DNA of 64,000 bases from an uncultured Chloroflexia bacterium (GCA_963768655.1 CAVYIM010000003.1:448001-512000); one strand, 5' to 3'; shown: positions 8,376 through 18,750, numbered from the stretch's first letter. Notes: generated by a model not told the origin, from the letters alone. Numbers and translations: made by a program.

Positions 8376-10651
8376 TCGCCACTCCGTCCTTCGTCGACGC
8401 GGCCCGCCTCCACGCCCGCCTTCGACCCGACGACACCGCGGTTCTCGACGGCGAGCTGCGCTGGTCGTGGGCCGAGCTGGACCGTCGGGCCGACGCCGTT
8501 GCCGCGGGGTTGGCTGCCGCCGGCATCGTGCCGGGCGACCGCGTCGGGGTGGTGGCCATCTCATCGGCCGGCGTCGTCGCCGCTCTCCATGGAATCGTCC
8601 GGGCCGGCATCGTCTCAGTGCCGATCGGGCCACGTCTGACACGGCCGGAGATCGCCGCCATCGAGACCGCTGCCGGCCTGCGGGCGATCGTCGGGGCTGA
8701 TGGCGGCATAACCTCGATCGGAGGGCCGCGCCCGCCCGCCGGCACTCCCGCGGTCATCGTCCCCACCTCTGGAACGACCGGCCGGCCGAAGCTGGTCAGG
8801 CTCGGAGTGGCCCAGCTCGATGCCAGCGCCGCCGCGTGGTCCGCCGTTCTGCCGCCCGCGACCGGGTGGCTGCTGTCGCTGAACCTCGCCCACGTCTCAG
8901 GCATCGGGATACTGGTGCGGGCGGCGAGGGCCGGTGTGCCGGTCGTCGTGCCCGTCACGACGGACCGCGAGCCCATCGGGCCCAGCCTCCGAGCCGCCCG
9001 ATCCGCCGGCGTCCGCGTCAGCCATGTTTCGCTCGTCGTGCCGCAGCTCGTCCGACTTCTCGATGCCGGCGCAGGCGTGGCCCCGGCGGACCTTCGCGCC
9101 ATTCTCCTGGGCGGCGGCCCGATCCCCGAGTGGCTGGTGTCCCGCGCCGTGGCCCACGGCTGGCCCGTCATCCCCAGCTTCGGCATGACCGAGACGGCCT
9201 CGGGCGTGGTTGCCATGCCGCTCGGCGCCGCGAGTCACCGTCCCTGGTCGGCCGGACGGCCGCTGCCCGGCGTCGAGCTCCGCATCGAGGCCGGCGCCGG
9301 CGCACCCGATGCGGACGGCGAAATCCTCGTCCGCGGCCCGATGGTCTTCGCCGGTTACGAGAACGATCCCGAAATGTCCGCGGCGGCCCTCGACGCGGCG
9401 GGCTGGCTGCACACCGGCGATCTCGGGCGGCTCGATTCGGAAGGCTGGCTTCGGGTCGTGGGCCGCCTGGACGAGATCATCATCTCGGGCGGCGAGAACG
9501 TCGCTCCCGCCGAGATCGAGGCGGTGGTCGTGAGCCATCCGGCCGTCGCCGACGCCGGCGTGGTCGGTGTAGCCGACGAGAGATGGGGAGCCGTTCCGGT
9601 CGCGGTCGTCGCCTTCCGTCCGGGCGCTCGGGAAGACCCGCAAGCCCTTCGGACATTCGTCCGCGAGCGTCTGGCTTCGTTCAAGGTGCCCGCCCGTATC
9701 GTCGAAGCTGCCGCCATCCCCCGGTCGCCCACCGGCAAGCTGCTCCGGCGCTCGCTGCCCGCGCTGGTCGGCCGCCGCGCTGACGCTGCCGCCGGCCGAG
9801 GGCCTTCCCTCGTCGGGGCGGCTGCCGGGACGACAGCCGGAACGACGAGGATCGAAGCCGACGACGGCCAGCCGCTCGCCTTCCGCGATCTGCCCGGGCC
9901 GCCGGACGGGCCGGCCGTCGTCCTTCTCCATGCGACCCTTTCGACCTCTCGGCAGCTGCTTCGGCTCGCCGGTCTGTTGAGGCCCGACGCTCGTGTGCTG
10001 CTGCCGGATAGGCGGGGGAGCGGCGCCAGCGCGATGGCGAGCCCGGCGCCGGTGTCGATCGCCCGCCACGTCGCCGACCTGCTGGCCGTTCTCGACGCCG
10101 CCGCCGTCTCGCGCCCCGTCATCTTCGGCCACAGCTTCGGCGCGCTTCTGGCTCTCGAATTCGCGGCTCGCCATCGCGAACGGGCGGCCGCGGTGGTGGC
10201 ATACGAGCCGCCCTACCTGGCGGTCGCATCCCCGGCGCTGCTGGCGCGGCTCGGCCGGCTGGCCGGCGCCGTGGCCACGGTGCACGCCACGAGTGGCCCG
10301 GCAGTCGCGGCTCAGCTGTTCGTCCGCGCAGTTGCCGGCGACGAAGCGTGGGAGAGCATGACGTCCGCCCAGCGCTCCTCGGTCGAGGCCGAGGGTTCGG
10401 GCGCCCTCGCCGACACGTCGATGGAGGACCTCGATCTGGCCGGGCTGCCGGGCATCGCCTGCCCCGTCGTCCTCGCAACCGGCGGGGCCTCGGACGGTTT
10501 CTATGCCCCGATCGCGGATGCGCTCGCCGCCGCGATCCCCGGGTCGCGCCGCGTCGTCATGCCGGGCCTGCGCCACGTCGCGCCGGTCACGGTCCCGGCG
10601 CCGTTTGCGGAGCTGATCCAGGCGTCGAGCTCGCGAGCCTCCCATACTTGA
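8372..10651 (+). CDS. menE: o-succinylbenzoate-CoA ligase fused to a C-terminal alpha/beta hydrolase
   Basis: TSGTTGRPK, FGMTET, TGDLG, GGENV and PRSPTGK up to about 9770; then a linker and a hydrolase with LLHA, DRRGSG, GHSFG and a C-terminal His (LRH), all in one frame. Confidence 0.88.
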   Translation: MIATPSFVDAARLHARLRPDDTAVLDGELRWSWAELDRRADAVAAGLAAAGIVPGDRVGVVAISSAGVVAALHGIVRAGIVSVPIGPRLTRPEIAAIETAAGLRAIVGADGGITSIGGPRPPAGTPAVIVPTSGTTGRPKLVRLGVAQLDASAAAWSAVLPPATGWLLSLNLAHVSGIGILVRAARAGVPVVVPVTTDREPIGPSLRAARSAGVRVSHVSLVVPQLVRLLDAGAGVAPADLRAILLGGGPIPEWLVSRAVAHGWPVIPSFGMTETASGVVAMPLGAASHRPWSAGRPLPGVELRIEAGAGAPDADGEILVRGPMVFAGYENDPEMSAAALDAAGWLHTGDLGRLDSEGWLRVVGRLDEIIISGGENVAPAEIEAVVVSHPAVADAGVVGVADERWGAVPVAVVAFRPGAREDPQALRTFVRERLASFKVPARIVEAAAIPRSPTGKLLRRSLPALVGRRADAAAGRGPSLVGAAAGTTAGTTRIEADDGQPLAFRDLPGPPDGPAVVLLHATLSTSRQLLRLAGLLRPDARVLLPDRRGSGASAMASPAPVSIARHVADLLAVLDAAAVSRPVIFGHSFGALLALEFAARHRERAAAVVAYEPPYLAVASPALLARLGRLAGAVATVHATSGPAVAAQLFVRAVAGDEAWESMTSAQRSSVEAEGSGALADTSMEDLDLAGLPGIACPVVLATGGASDGFYAPIADALAAAIPGSRRVVMPGLRHVAPVTVPAPFAELIQASSSRASHT

Positions 10652-10670
10652 GCCTCATGGGACGACCATC

Positions 10671-11990
10671 CTGAACGACAGCCTGGAGCGACCTCCGGCG
10701 AGCGGCACGGGCCGCGATCCGGACACGATCTCCGTCGAGACCGGCGGCCGGTCGGCGGGATCGACGCCCTGGACCCTGCGCGCCATCTACACGGCGATCG
10801 GCCTATCGACGGCCTCGATCGCGCCGTTCGTCCCGGTCATCCTCAAGGCTCGCGGCCTCGACCCGGCCGCGATCGGGCTCGCGGCGGCTCTCGGAGCGCT
10901 CGCGTCGACGGTGGTCGTGCCGGCCTGGGGCCACCTGGCCAATTCGCTCGTGGGCCGGGCGGGGGCATTCCGGATCGGCTTGATCGCCGCGGCCTGCATC
11001 GCCGCCGGCCTCCTGCTCGACCTCCCGCTCGTCGCGGTCGTCGTCATGTTCGCCAGCTTCACCGTGTTCGCGAGCCTGTACATCGGCCTCGCCGACGCCC
11101 TTGCGGTCGTGGACCTGCCTGCGCCGGAACGGCAGTACGGGGCCCTGCGCGCCCATGCGAGCCTGTCGTTCACCGTCGGCGTCATCGCCGTCGGGTTCCT
11201 CTACAGCTGGGCCGGATACGGCGCGGCGCCCGCGGTCTTCCTGATCTCGGCGGGCGCGCTGCTGCTGCTCGTGGGCCGGATCCCCAGTCGATCGACTGAT
11301 TCGAAGGCCCGGCCGAGCGCCGGCGCTCTCGCCGGCGGACGCGGGCCGCGCTTTGGGTCGGTGGGTCGGGCATTCGCCGTTCAGCCCAGGCTGTGGGTCC
11401 TGATGGCTGTCTTCGCCCTGACCTTCACGGGAGTCCAGGGCGCGCTGACGTTCGTCGGCGTCCGTATCGTCGATCTCGGCGGCCAGCCGTCGGACGTGGC
11501 TCTCTCGTTCGGCCTGGCCTCGGCGGCGGAGATCCCGGGCCTGGTTGCCGCCGGCTGGCTGGGCCGCCGGATAGGGCTCCGCTGGCTCTTCGTCGCCTCC
11601 CTCCTTCTGTACGGCCTGTGTATCGCTTCGTGGGGGATCCTGCCGTACGTGGTCGCGATCAACGCAACCCGCGTCGTCACCGGACTGTGTAACGGCTCGC
11701 TGATGGCGGCCCGGGTGTTGATGGTGCCGCGGCTGCTGCCGCAGTCGTTGCAGGCCACGGGGCAGGTGCTGTTCCAATCCGCGACGCTGGGCTTCGGAGC
11801 GGTGACGGGCAGCGTCGTCGGCGGCGTGGTATACGGCTCGTTCGGACCGACCGTATTCTTCGCGGCCGCGGGCGGTGTGGCGATCGCAGGCGCGGCCTGG
11901 GCCTGGTTCGTCCTGGCAGGTCCGGTCGGCGCACGACTGACCGGCCGTGCAGTCGATCCGTTCGAGCCGGCGGAGCCTCCGGCGGCTTGA
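10671..11990 (+). CDS. MFS transporter (start uncertain)
   Basis: Frame of ORF 10911-11990 is open upstream through IYTAIGLSTASIAPFVPVILKARGLDPAAIG; many hydrophobic segments; no ATG/GTG in frame near the menE stop, only CTG at 10671. Confidence 0.8.
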   Translation: MNDSLERPPASGTGRDPDTISVETGGRSAGSTPWTLRAIYTAIGLSTASIAPFVPVILKARGLDPAAIGLAAALGALASTVVVPAWGHLANSLVGRAGAFRIGLIAAACIAAGLLLDLPLVAVVVMFASFTVFASLYIGLADALAVVDLPAPERQYGALRAHASLSFTVGVIAVGFLYSWAGYGAAPAVFLISAGALLLLVGRIPSRSTDSKARPSAGALAGGRGPRFGSVGRAFAVQPRLWVLMAVFALTFTGVQGALTFVGVRIVDLGGQPSDVALSFGLASAAEIPGLVAAGWLGRRIGLRWLFVASLLLYGLCIASWGILPYVVAINATRVVTGLCNGSLMAARVLMVPRLLPQSLQATGQVLFQSATLGFGAVTGSVVGGVVYGSFGPTVFFAAAGGVAIAGAAWAWFVLAGPVGARLTGRAVDPFEPAEPPAA

Positions 11991-12092
11991 TCCGGCCACG
12001 CGGTACGCCGGTTGAGCCGGCGGGTCCTTGGACGCGGCCGCGACGCTGGCTCGGGAACTCCAGGTCCGGGCCAGATTGAGATCCCGAAATCT

Positions 12093-12593
12093 CTATTGGC
12101 CTCGTGGGCAAGCATCCCATTCGGGACCGGCGGCGAGCCCTGAGGCTACAGTCGTCGCGCTCTCGGAGTAGTTGATCGGCACCCAGAAGACGGCCTCTAT
12201 CACGACGAAGTTGTTGCCCGTGCCGGAGAAGAGATGAGTCGTCTGGTACGACCTGCCCAGGCTGTCCAGGCCACACACTTCTAGCAAACGGCCACCCTGC
12301 GAACGATCACCGTCCGGCACGTCACGCGACCCCACAACGAGCGGCGGCGTTGTGGGGGCGCTGGCTTTCGCACTGAAGTCCTCCAGGTTCTGTTCGCAGT
12401 TGAGGCTCCCGTGTGCGCAAAGCATGGCGAAGTCGCCAGCCTTCGCCCAATTGAAGAGAAGTGTCAGCTCGTCCCTTGCCTGCTGGTCAGTCGGGTGCGG
12501 CAGGAAACTTGGCGTCGCGGCCCCCGATGTGCAGCCTGCGACCACGGCGGTGACGGCCACGGCAAGCAGGAGTCTCCGAGCGACAAGCCTCAC
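12093..12593 (-). CDS. Hypothetical lipoprotein
   Basis: MRLVARRLLLAVAVTAVVAGC lipobox; start overlaps the upstream stop; lower GC than flanks. Confidence 0.7.
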   Translation of the reverse strand: MRLVARRLLLAVAVTAVVAGCTSGAATPSFLPHPTDQQARDELTLLFNWAKAGDFAMLCAHGSLNCEQNLEDFSAKASAPTTPPLVVGSRDVPDGDRSQGGRLLEVCGLDSLGRSYQTTHLFSGTGNNFVVIEAVFWVPINYSESATTVASGLAAGPEWDACPRGQ

Positions 12594-13531
12594 GACACGC
12601 TCCAGTTGATGTACCAGAGCGGACTCGCGGTCGCGGCCGTGTAGGACCAGAGCTGCTCTCTAAGGCCGCGGGTTCCGTTCATCCCTTGGGAACAGAGGAT
12701 CTGGCAGTAGTCCCATGATTCATAGATGTTGACGGTTGAAGGAACGATCTCAACGTCGAGTTGTTCACAGGCTTGGAATGACGTGGAAATCGAGGCGCCT
12801 GGTCCACCTGACCCCCCTGTGCTGATGCCCAGCCCGAGCGGGATCGTGCGGCAACCGCCAGAAGTACTTGTGTCCGGAGCCGCGTCGACGAAGTGCTGAG
12901 CCGGACTTCGAGTTGCCTGCGTCTGCAGCGATGCGTCCTCAAGACCCGATCCCAAGGTGTTCCCACGGACGTTCCCGTATGTTTCGACCAGCCAATCGAC
13001 TCTCGATGACGACACCACCATTTTCCATATCTTGTAGCAAGTGTCCATGGAACCCCATCCGCTGCTGGCATACATCGTGCTGAAGCAGGAACTTGTCAGG
13101 AACTGCCACGTGCCGGAAGGGCTCGTGATGAGGGGTTGTCCCTGGGCAGCCGATCCGTCCGGGCTCATCGCCGCCGTCTGGGCTTGACGACTGACCGAGT
13201 TCGGAGAGAACCCGGTGGCGAAGTTGTCGGCGGCGGCAGTAGCCGAGACCACACCGGTGACATCGTCAATCGTGAACGGTGTCGTCTTCGACCCCACGAC
13301 AACCATGTCGCCCTGCTCAATTGCGACCAGTGCGTCCGATTTCGTGTCGAACCCGAGTGCGGAGTACTGGCCGACGGCCTCGTTCCTGAGCTTCTGGCCC
13401 TGAGCGGTCCCCGTAATGTCGACGCGAGAATGTGCCAAGACAGTTGGCGTCGCGGCCGCTGCCGACGCTGTCGGGAGTATGGTGAGGGCGAAGGCCAGCG
13501 CGACTCCTTGCCAGATATGCTTGCTCTTCAC
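12590..13531 (-). CDS. Hypothetical secreted protein with Cys-containing C-terminal domain
   Basis: GGAGG RBS before GTG; Sec-type signal peptide (MKSKHIWQGVALAFALTILPTASAAA); six Cys in the C-terminal half; lower GC. Confidence 0.75.
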   Translation of the reverse strand: MKSKHIWQGVALAFALTILPTASAAAATPTVLAHSRVDITGTAQGQKLRNEAVGQYSALGFDTKSDALVAIEQGDMVVVGSKTTPFTIDDVTGVVSATAAADNFATGFSPNSVSRQAQTAAMSPDGSAAQGQPLITSPSGTWQFLTSSCFSTMYASSGWGSMDTCYKIWKMVVSSSRVDWLVETYGNVRGNTLGSGLEDASLQTQATRSPAQHFVDAAPDTSTSGGCRTIPLGLGISTGGSGGPGASISTSFQACEQLDVEIVPSTVNIYESWDYCQILCSQGMNGTRGLREQLWSYTAATASPLWYINWSVS

Positions 13532-13889
13532 GAGATCCTCCTTCGAGTTGCCTTGCGGGCAGGAGCTACCTGCTCACGGCAGCGGCGATCGATCGACTGT
13601 CCCGCTCCAAGGCTCGGTGGGCGAGACGCGAGTCACCTGGGCGACCCGACGTTCCCACATCGCCGCGCCGCCAATCTGAGGGCGGCCACGCGTCCTGACG
13701 CTGGCCAGGGGACGTAGCCTCCCCGAGCGCCGTTCCTAGAGTCGAGTCCCATCGACGCGAGCGATGACCGCTACCGGGCAGCCAGACGCTGGGGCCAGAT
13801 CATCATCGGGTCGGCTTATTTCCCGCTTGTCTGTCACTTATCGGGCGACGTGGAGCGTAATCCGGCTCAGTCGTAGACTTAGGCCGACC

Positions 13890-14792
13890 ATGAGCCTCAC
13901 GAGACTCCAGGGCATCGATCCCGGCCGAATCGGCGTGTTCGCTGGCCCGCTCAACGGCCAGCCCGCGGCCGTGCAGCGCGAGTTCGCGCGCGAGATGGAG
14001 CGGCTCGGCTACGGAACCCTCTGGTATGGCGAAGCGCTCGCCAGAGAGGCATTCGCCCAGGGCGCGATCTACCTTGCATCGACGGAGCGGCTGATCGTCG
14101 CCAGCGGCATCGCCAACATCTGGGCCCGCGACGCGGCGGCCATGGCGAACGGCGGCCGGACCCTCGCCGAAGCGTGGCCGGGGCAATTCATCCTGGGCAT
14201 CGGCGTCAGCCACGCCCCGATGGTCAGGATGCGCGGCCACGACTACGAGCGGCCCTACTCCGCCATGCGCGACTACCTCGACGCGATCGGCGCGGCGCCC
14301 TGGCGCGGCCCGCAGGTCGACGTGCCGCCGATCGTGCTGGCCGCGCTGGGGCCGAAGATGGTCGGTCTCGCCGGCGAGCGCACGGCCGGGGCTTACCCCT
14401 ACTTCTCGACGGCCGACCACATCCGCGAGGTCAGGAGCATCCTTGGTCCCGAGCCGTTCCTGGCCGCAGATCTGCCCGTCGTACTCGCCGGCGACCTGGC
14501 CGCGGCGCGGGCCATCGGCAATCGCCATCTCGGCTTCTACCTGGGGTCGGCGAACTACCGCAACAACCTGCTCCGCATCGGCTGGTCGGAGGCCGATCTC
14601 GCCGCGCCGGGCTCGGACGTGCTGTTCGAGGCGATCGTGGCCTGGGGCGACCTCGATCGAATCGGCGAGGGTGTGCGCGAGCGGTTCGAGGCGGGCGCCG
14701 ACCAGGTCGTCCTCAACCTGGTGGCGGCCGATCCGTCCGGGCCGCCCTTGACGGAGCTGCGGACGCTGGCTCCGCTGACGCGCGGCTCGTAG
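13890..14792 (+). CDS. LLM-class, probably F420-dependent, oxidoreductase
   Basis: ERLGYGTLWYGE, VASGIANIWARDA, LGIGVSHAP, LAALGPKM and GADQV motifs. Confidence 0.85.
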   Translation: MSLTRLQGIDPGRIGVFAGPLNGQPAAVQREFAREMERLGYGTLWYGEALAREAFAQGAIYLASTERLIVASGIANIWARDAAAMANGGRTLAEAWPGQFILGIGVSHAPMVRMRGHDYERPYSAMRDYLDAIGAAPWRGPQVDVPPIVLAALGPKMVGLAGERTAGAYPYFSTADHIREVRSILGPEPFLAADLPVVLAGDLAAARAIGNRHLGFYLGSANYRNNLLRIGWSEADLAAPGSDVLFEAIVAWGDLDRIGEGVRERFEAGADQVVLNLVAADPSGPPLTELRTLAPLTRGS

Positions 14793-14823
14793 CCCGAAGT
14801 CCGACCCTCGGGCCCGCCTGGCC

Positions 14824-15696
14824 CTATCTGGCGTGCGCCGCCAGGAAGTCCCAGCTCACCCGCGTCGCGTCGAACGTTCGGGTCGTCCGGCCGAAGAGCA
14901 GGGCGGGGAGAGTGACGCGGCTGCCCGGCCAGGTATGGCCGCCGCCTTCGATCCGGTAGAACGCGACGTCGGAGAGCGGGGTCGGGCCATGCCAGGTCCG
15001 GATCGCGGTGTCGGGCGGGAGCGCGCCGACGACCGGACCCTCGAGCGCGCCGTTGGCGGCGGTCCAGAACCGGGCCCACTCATCCACCCCGACGCTGGGG
15101 CCGGCGGCGTGTCGAATCATCAAGCGTCCCCGCAGACTGTGGCGGACGCCGCCGTCGTACGGCGCCACGCCATCCGCAGTGCCGTGGATGTTGAGGATCG
15201 GCACCGGACATGCCGGCCGTCGGGTCGCGGCGACGTCGACGGCAGCGGTGCCAGCCACCTGCGCGACGGCTCCTATCCGGTCGGCCAGTTCGCAGGCGAG
15301 CCGGCCCGCCATTGCGGCGCCGTTCGACATGCCGGCGACGTAGATCCGCCGTGGGTCGGCAGGCAGCCGGGCGATGGCGTCGTCGATGACCGCCGTCAGG
15401 TATCCGACGTCATCCGGCCTTCGTCCTTCGGGCGCAGCATCCCGACCGTCGGTCCAGATCTCGCCGATGGCGCTCGGCAGTGCGAGCGCGAAGCCCAGCT
15501 CTTCGGCAAGAGCGCCGAAGCCAGTCATCCGGTCGAATGCTTCCGGACTTATGCCGCGACCGTGCAGCTCGAGCACCAGCGGCAGGCGGCCACCGGGCGC
15601 GGCCGCGGCCGGCGGCACCTGGAGCAGGTATGGGCGGTCGATCCCGTCGTGAGTCAGCGGGACCATCCGGCGGCTGGCGAGTCGAGTCGGATCCAT
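14824..15696 (-). CDS. PHB depolymerase/LpqC-like esterase
   Basis: PLVLELHG, DDVGYL, RIYVAGMSNGA (GxSxG), IHGTAD, GGGHTWPG. Confidence 0.85.
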   Translation of the reverse strand: MDPTRLASRRMVPLTHDGIDRPYLLQVPPAAAAPGGRLPLVLELHGRGISPEAFDRMTGFGALAEELGFALALPSAIGEIWTDGRDAAPEGRRPDDVGYLTAVIDDAIARLPADPRRIYVAGMSNGAAMAGRLACELADRIGAVAQVAGTAAVDVAATRRPACPVPILNIHGTADGVAPYDGGVRHSLRGRLMIRHAAGPSVGVDEWARFWTAANGALEGPVVGALPPDTAIRTWHGPTPLSDVAFYRIEGGGHTWPGSRVTLPALLFGRTTRTFDATRVSWDFLAAHAR

Positions 15697-16026
15697 GGTC
15701 CTCCGTAGCCGGGCGAGCCGACGATCTCGTGGCCGATCTTCGGCCGGAAGGCTGCCGCGGGGACATTGTCGCGCCTCCGGAGCCGAGACGACTGCGACGA
15801 CCGCGCGACAACGGCGGCATCCCGGACATCGGGCGGGTTAGTCCCGAGCTCGGGCCGAGTCCTGGGCCCGCGACGGCCCGGGCCCGATTGCGCGGCCCGC
15901 GGCATGTTGGGCGGGGCCGCCATGGCCGCGACACGCGAACATCGCGTTTGAGATGCCGGTCTCGTTTGGGCGCGCGGTCTCGGTTAGACTCTTGTCTTCG
16001 GACCGTCGCAACTTCGAGGATGCCCA

Positions 16027-17007
16027 ATGACTCGTCGCTCTATGAGGATTCTGTCACTGCCCTTGCTCGCGGCCCTGATCGCCGCCTGCTCCGCTTCCGC
16101 CACGCCGACTCCGGTCCCGACGCCCCCGCCGACACCCACGCTGGCCCCGACTCAGGCCCCGACGGCGGCGCCCACGCCGGTTGTCACGATCGCCCCGACG
16201 CCCACGGTGAACCCGTGCGACAAGTCGATGCTGACCACGCTGGCCAGCGGCAAGCTCACAATCGGCACCGACAACCCGGCCTACCCGCCCTACTTCGAGC
16301 CGCCCGCCAGCGGAAATCCGACTGCTCCCTGGCAGCTCGGTGACCCGACCGACGGCCAGGGCTTCGAGAGTGCCGTCGCCTACGCGGTAGCCGGCCGCCT
16401 CGGCTTCGCGAACGCCGACGTCGTCTGGACCTACGTCCCGTTCGACGACTCCTACAAGCCCGGCGCCAAGCCCTTCGACTTCTACCTGGCCCAGGTCTCG
16501 TACACGCCCGACCGCGCCCAGCAGGTCGACATGTCCGACGGCTACTACTTCGTTGCGCAGTCGGTCGTCGCGCTGGCCTCCAACCCGATCGCGAAGGCCA
16601 CCACGATCGCCGATCTGAAGAACTACAAGTTCGGCGCGCAGCAGGGCACGACGGCGTACGACACGATCCAGAACGTGATCGCGCCGTCGACCACGACCTC
16701 CGTCTACGACAGCAACGACGCGGCCATCCAGGCTCTCAAGGCCAAGCAGATCGACGGCCTGGTGGTCGACCTTCCCACCGCCTTCTACATCACCTCGGCC
16801 CAGCTCGACAACAGCGTCATCGTCGGCCAGTTCCCGGTCGCGCAGGGCGCCAACGCCGAGCATTTCAGCCTGGTGCTGACCAAGGGCAGCTCCCTGACGA
16901 CGTGCGTCAACAGCGCCATCGCCTCGCTCAAGGCCGACGGCACGCTCGCCGCGATCACCACGGAGTGGCTCTCCGAGAAGGCCAGCGCGCCGGTCTTCGG
17001 TCAGTAG
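16027..17007 (+). CDS. Polar amino-acid ABC transporter substrate-binding lipoprotein
   Basis: LIAAC lipobox, Pro/Thr linker, GKLTIGTDNPAYPPYF, GAQQGTT, LKADGTL. Confidence 0.9.
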   Translation: MTRRSMRILSLPLLAALIAACSASATPTPVPTPPPTPTLAPTQAPTAAPTPVVTIAPTPTVNPCDKSMLTTLASGKLTIGTDNPAYPPYFEPPASGNPTAPWQLGDPTDGQGFESAVAYAVAGRLGFANADVVWTYVPFDDSYKPGAKPFDFYLAQVSYTPDRAQQVDMSDGYYFVAQSVVALASNPIAKATTIADLKNYKFGAQQGTTAYDTIQNVIAPSTTTSVYDSNDAAIQALKAKQIDGLVVDLPTAFYITSAQLDNSVIVGQFPVAQGANAEHFSLVLTKGSSLTTCVNSAIASLKADGTLAAITTEWLSEKASAPVFGQ

Positions 17008-17029
17008 CCGCCACTCGCGGCCTGTCCGC

Positions 17030-17923
17030 GTGAGCGGTTTCTTCGGCGGACCGGGCGGCCCGCTCGACACGGGGTTGCTACCGCAGTCCCGACCGACCGG
17101 GCCGCCTCGTGCCCGTCATCGTGTCGACCGGGCCGCCGTCAAGTCGACTTCGGTCGCGCTCGTCAGCAGTGTCATCTTCTTCGGCCTGCTGGCGATCGTC
17201 GTCGTCAACGCGCCCAACTGGCCGGCGGTTCAGAACTACTTCTTCAACTCGAAGGTCTTCAACTACTCGCTCCCCGAAGTCGTCAACGCCTTCGGCGTCA
17301 ACGTCAGGCTTTTCATGATCGCCGAGGTCCTGATCCTCGCCCTGGCGCTGCTGCTGGCGGTTCTGCGCAGCCTGCCCGGGCCCGTGTTCTTCCCGCTGAG
17401 ACTTCTGGCCACGATCTACGCCGATGTCTTTCGGGCGATCCCCGGACTTCTGATCATCGTCCTGCTCGGCTTCGGCATACCCGGCCTGGGCATCGCCGGC
17501 GTGCCGACCGACCCGTTTCTATACGCTGTCATCGCGCTGACGCTCGTGTACTCGGCGTACGTCTCCGAGGTCTACCGGGCCGGCATCGAATCGATCCACC
17601 CGAGCCAGGAGGCGGCGGCGCGCTCGCTCGGGCTGAGCCGCATCCAGGCTCTCCGGTACGTGATCCTGCCGCAGGCGGTCCGGCGGGTGATCCCGCCGCT
17701 ACTCAACGACTTCATCGGCCTTCAGAAGGACACGATCCTGGTCTCGTATATCGGCGTCGTCGAGGCCTTCCGAGAGTCCACCATCATCGAGGAGGCGAAG
17801 TTCAACTCCACGTCGCTGGTGGCGCTGGCGCTGATCTTCCTCGTCATCACCATCCCGCTGGCACGGTTCACAGACTGGCTCGTGGCTCGCGATCGGCGGC
17901 GCTTCCTGGCTACCGCCCGATGA
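17030..17923 (+). CDS. Amino-acid ABC transporter permease
   Basis: [33 protein letters not shown] (EAA loop), LQKDT. Confidence 0.92.
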   Translation: MSGFFGGPGGPLDTGLLPQSRPTGPPRARHRVDRAAVKSTSVALVSSVIFFGLLAIVVVNAPNWPAVQNYFFNSKVFNYSLPEVVNAFGVNVRLFMIAEVLILALALLLAVLRSLPGPVFFPLRLLATIYADVFRAIPGLLIIVLLGFGIPGLGIAGVPTDPFLYAVIALTLVYSAYVSEVYRAGIESIHPSQEAAARSLGLSRIQALRYVILPQAVRRVIPPLLNDFIGLQKDTILVSYIGVVEAFRESTIIEEAKFNSTSLVALALIFLVITIPLARFTDWLVARDRRRFLATAR

Positions 17924-18750
17924 GCGGGTTTGCGGCAGCCGACGCGGCGGCCGACCCGGCGGGCGCAGTGGGCGTGGCGGCGCGCCCGGAATCGTCCGCG
18001 GGAGCCCGGCCTGCCCTCGAGATCGCCGGGCTGTGGAAGTCGTTCGGCAGCCTGCAGGTCCTGCGCGGCATCGACCTGACCGTGGCCGAGCACGAAGTCG
18101 TCTGCCTCATCGGCTCGTCGGGCTGCGGCAAGTCGACGCTGCTGCGGTGCGTCAACCTGCTGGAGCCGATCGACGGCGGTCGCATCGTCGTCGAGGGCGA
18201 GGAGATCACGGCGCCGGGCGTGGACGTCAACCGGATGCGCCGCCGCATCGGGATCGTGTTCCAGTCGTTCAACCTGTTCCCGCACATGTCGGTCCTGCGC
18301 AACGTGACGCTCGCGCCGCAGAAAGCTGCCGGAAAGTCGAAAGCGCAGGCCGAGGCCGACGCGACCGAGCTGCTCGAGCGTTTCGGCCTCGCCGACAAGC
18401 GCAACGAGTATCCGGACCGGCTCTCGGGCGGCCAGCAGCAGCGCGTGGCGATCGTCCGCGCCCTGGCCATGGCGCCCGACCTGCTGCTCCTCGACGAGAT
18501 CACGAGCGCCCTCGACCCGGAGCTGGTGGCGGAGGTCCTCAACGTCATCCGCGAGCTGGCTCGAGGCGGTATGACGATGGTCATCGCCACTCACGAGATG
18601 GGGTTCGCGCGCGATGTCGCGGGCCGGGTCTGCTTCCTCGACGGGGGAGTGATCCTCGAGCAGGGGGTGCCAGCCGACATGTTCAGCCACCCGCGCGAGG
18701 CCAGGACGCGGCAGTTCCTGGAGCGGATCATCGCCGCCGGCAGGCTGTAG
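17920..18750 (+). CDS. Amino-acid ABC transporter ATP-binding protein (GlnQ-like)
   Basis: [36 protein letters not shown]. Confidence 0.95.
   Translation: MSGFAAADAAADPAGAVGVAARPESSAGARPALEIAGLWKSFGSLQVLRGIDLTVAEHEVVCLIGSSGCGKSTLLRCVNLLEPIDGGRIVVEGEEITAPGVDVNRMRRRIGIVFQSFNLFPHMSVLRNVTLAPQKAAGKSKAQAEADATELLERFGLADKRNEYPDRLSGGQQQRVAIVRALAMAPDLLLLDEITSALDPELVAEVLNVIRELARGGMTMVIATHEMGFARDVAGRVCFLDGGVILEQGVPADMFSHPREARTRQFLERIIAAGRL

Noticed and set aside
12068-13800. 9-bp direct repeat GGGCCAGAT (and CGGCCACGCG) flanking the lower-GC gene pair as a possible target duplication
   Set aside because: Matches this short are expected by chance in GC-rich intergenic DNA, and no recombinase or terminal repeats are present.
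15700-16020. GC-rich inverted repeats upstream of the amino-acid ABC operon as a riboswitch or T-box
   Set aside because: No conserved aptamer or T-box motif recognised; short stems are expected at this GC.
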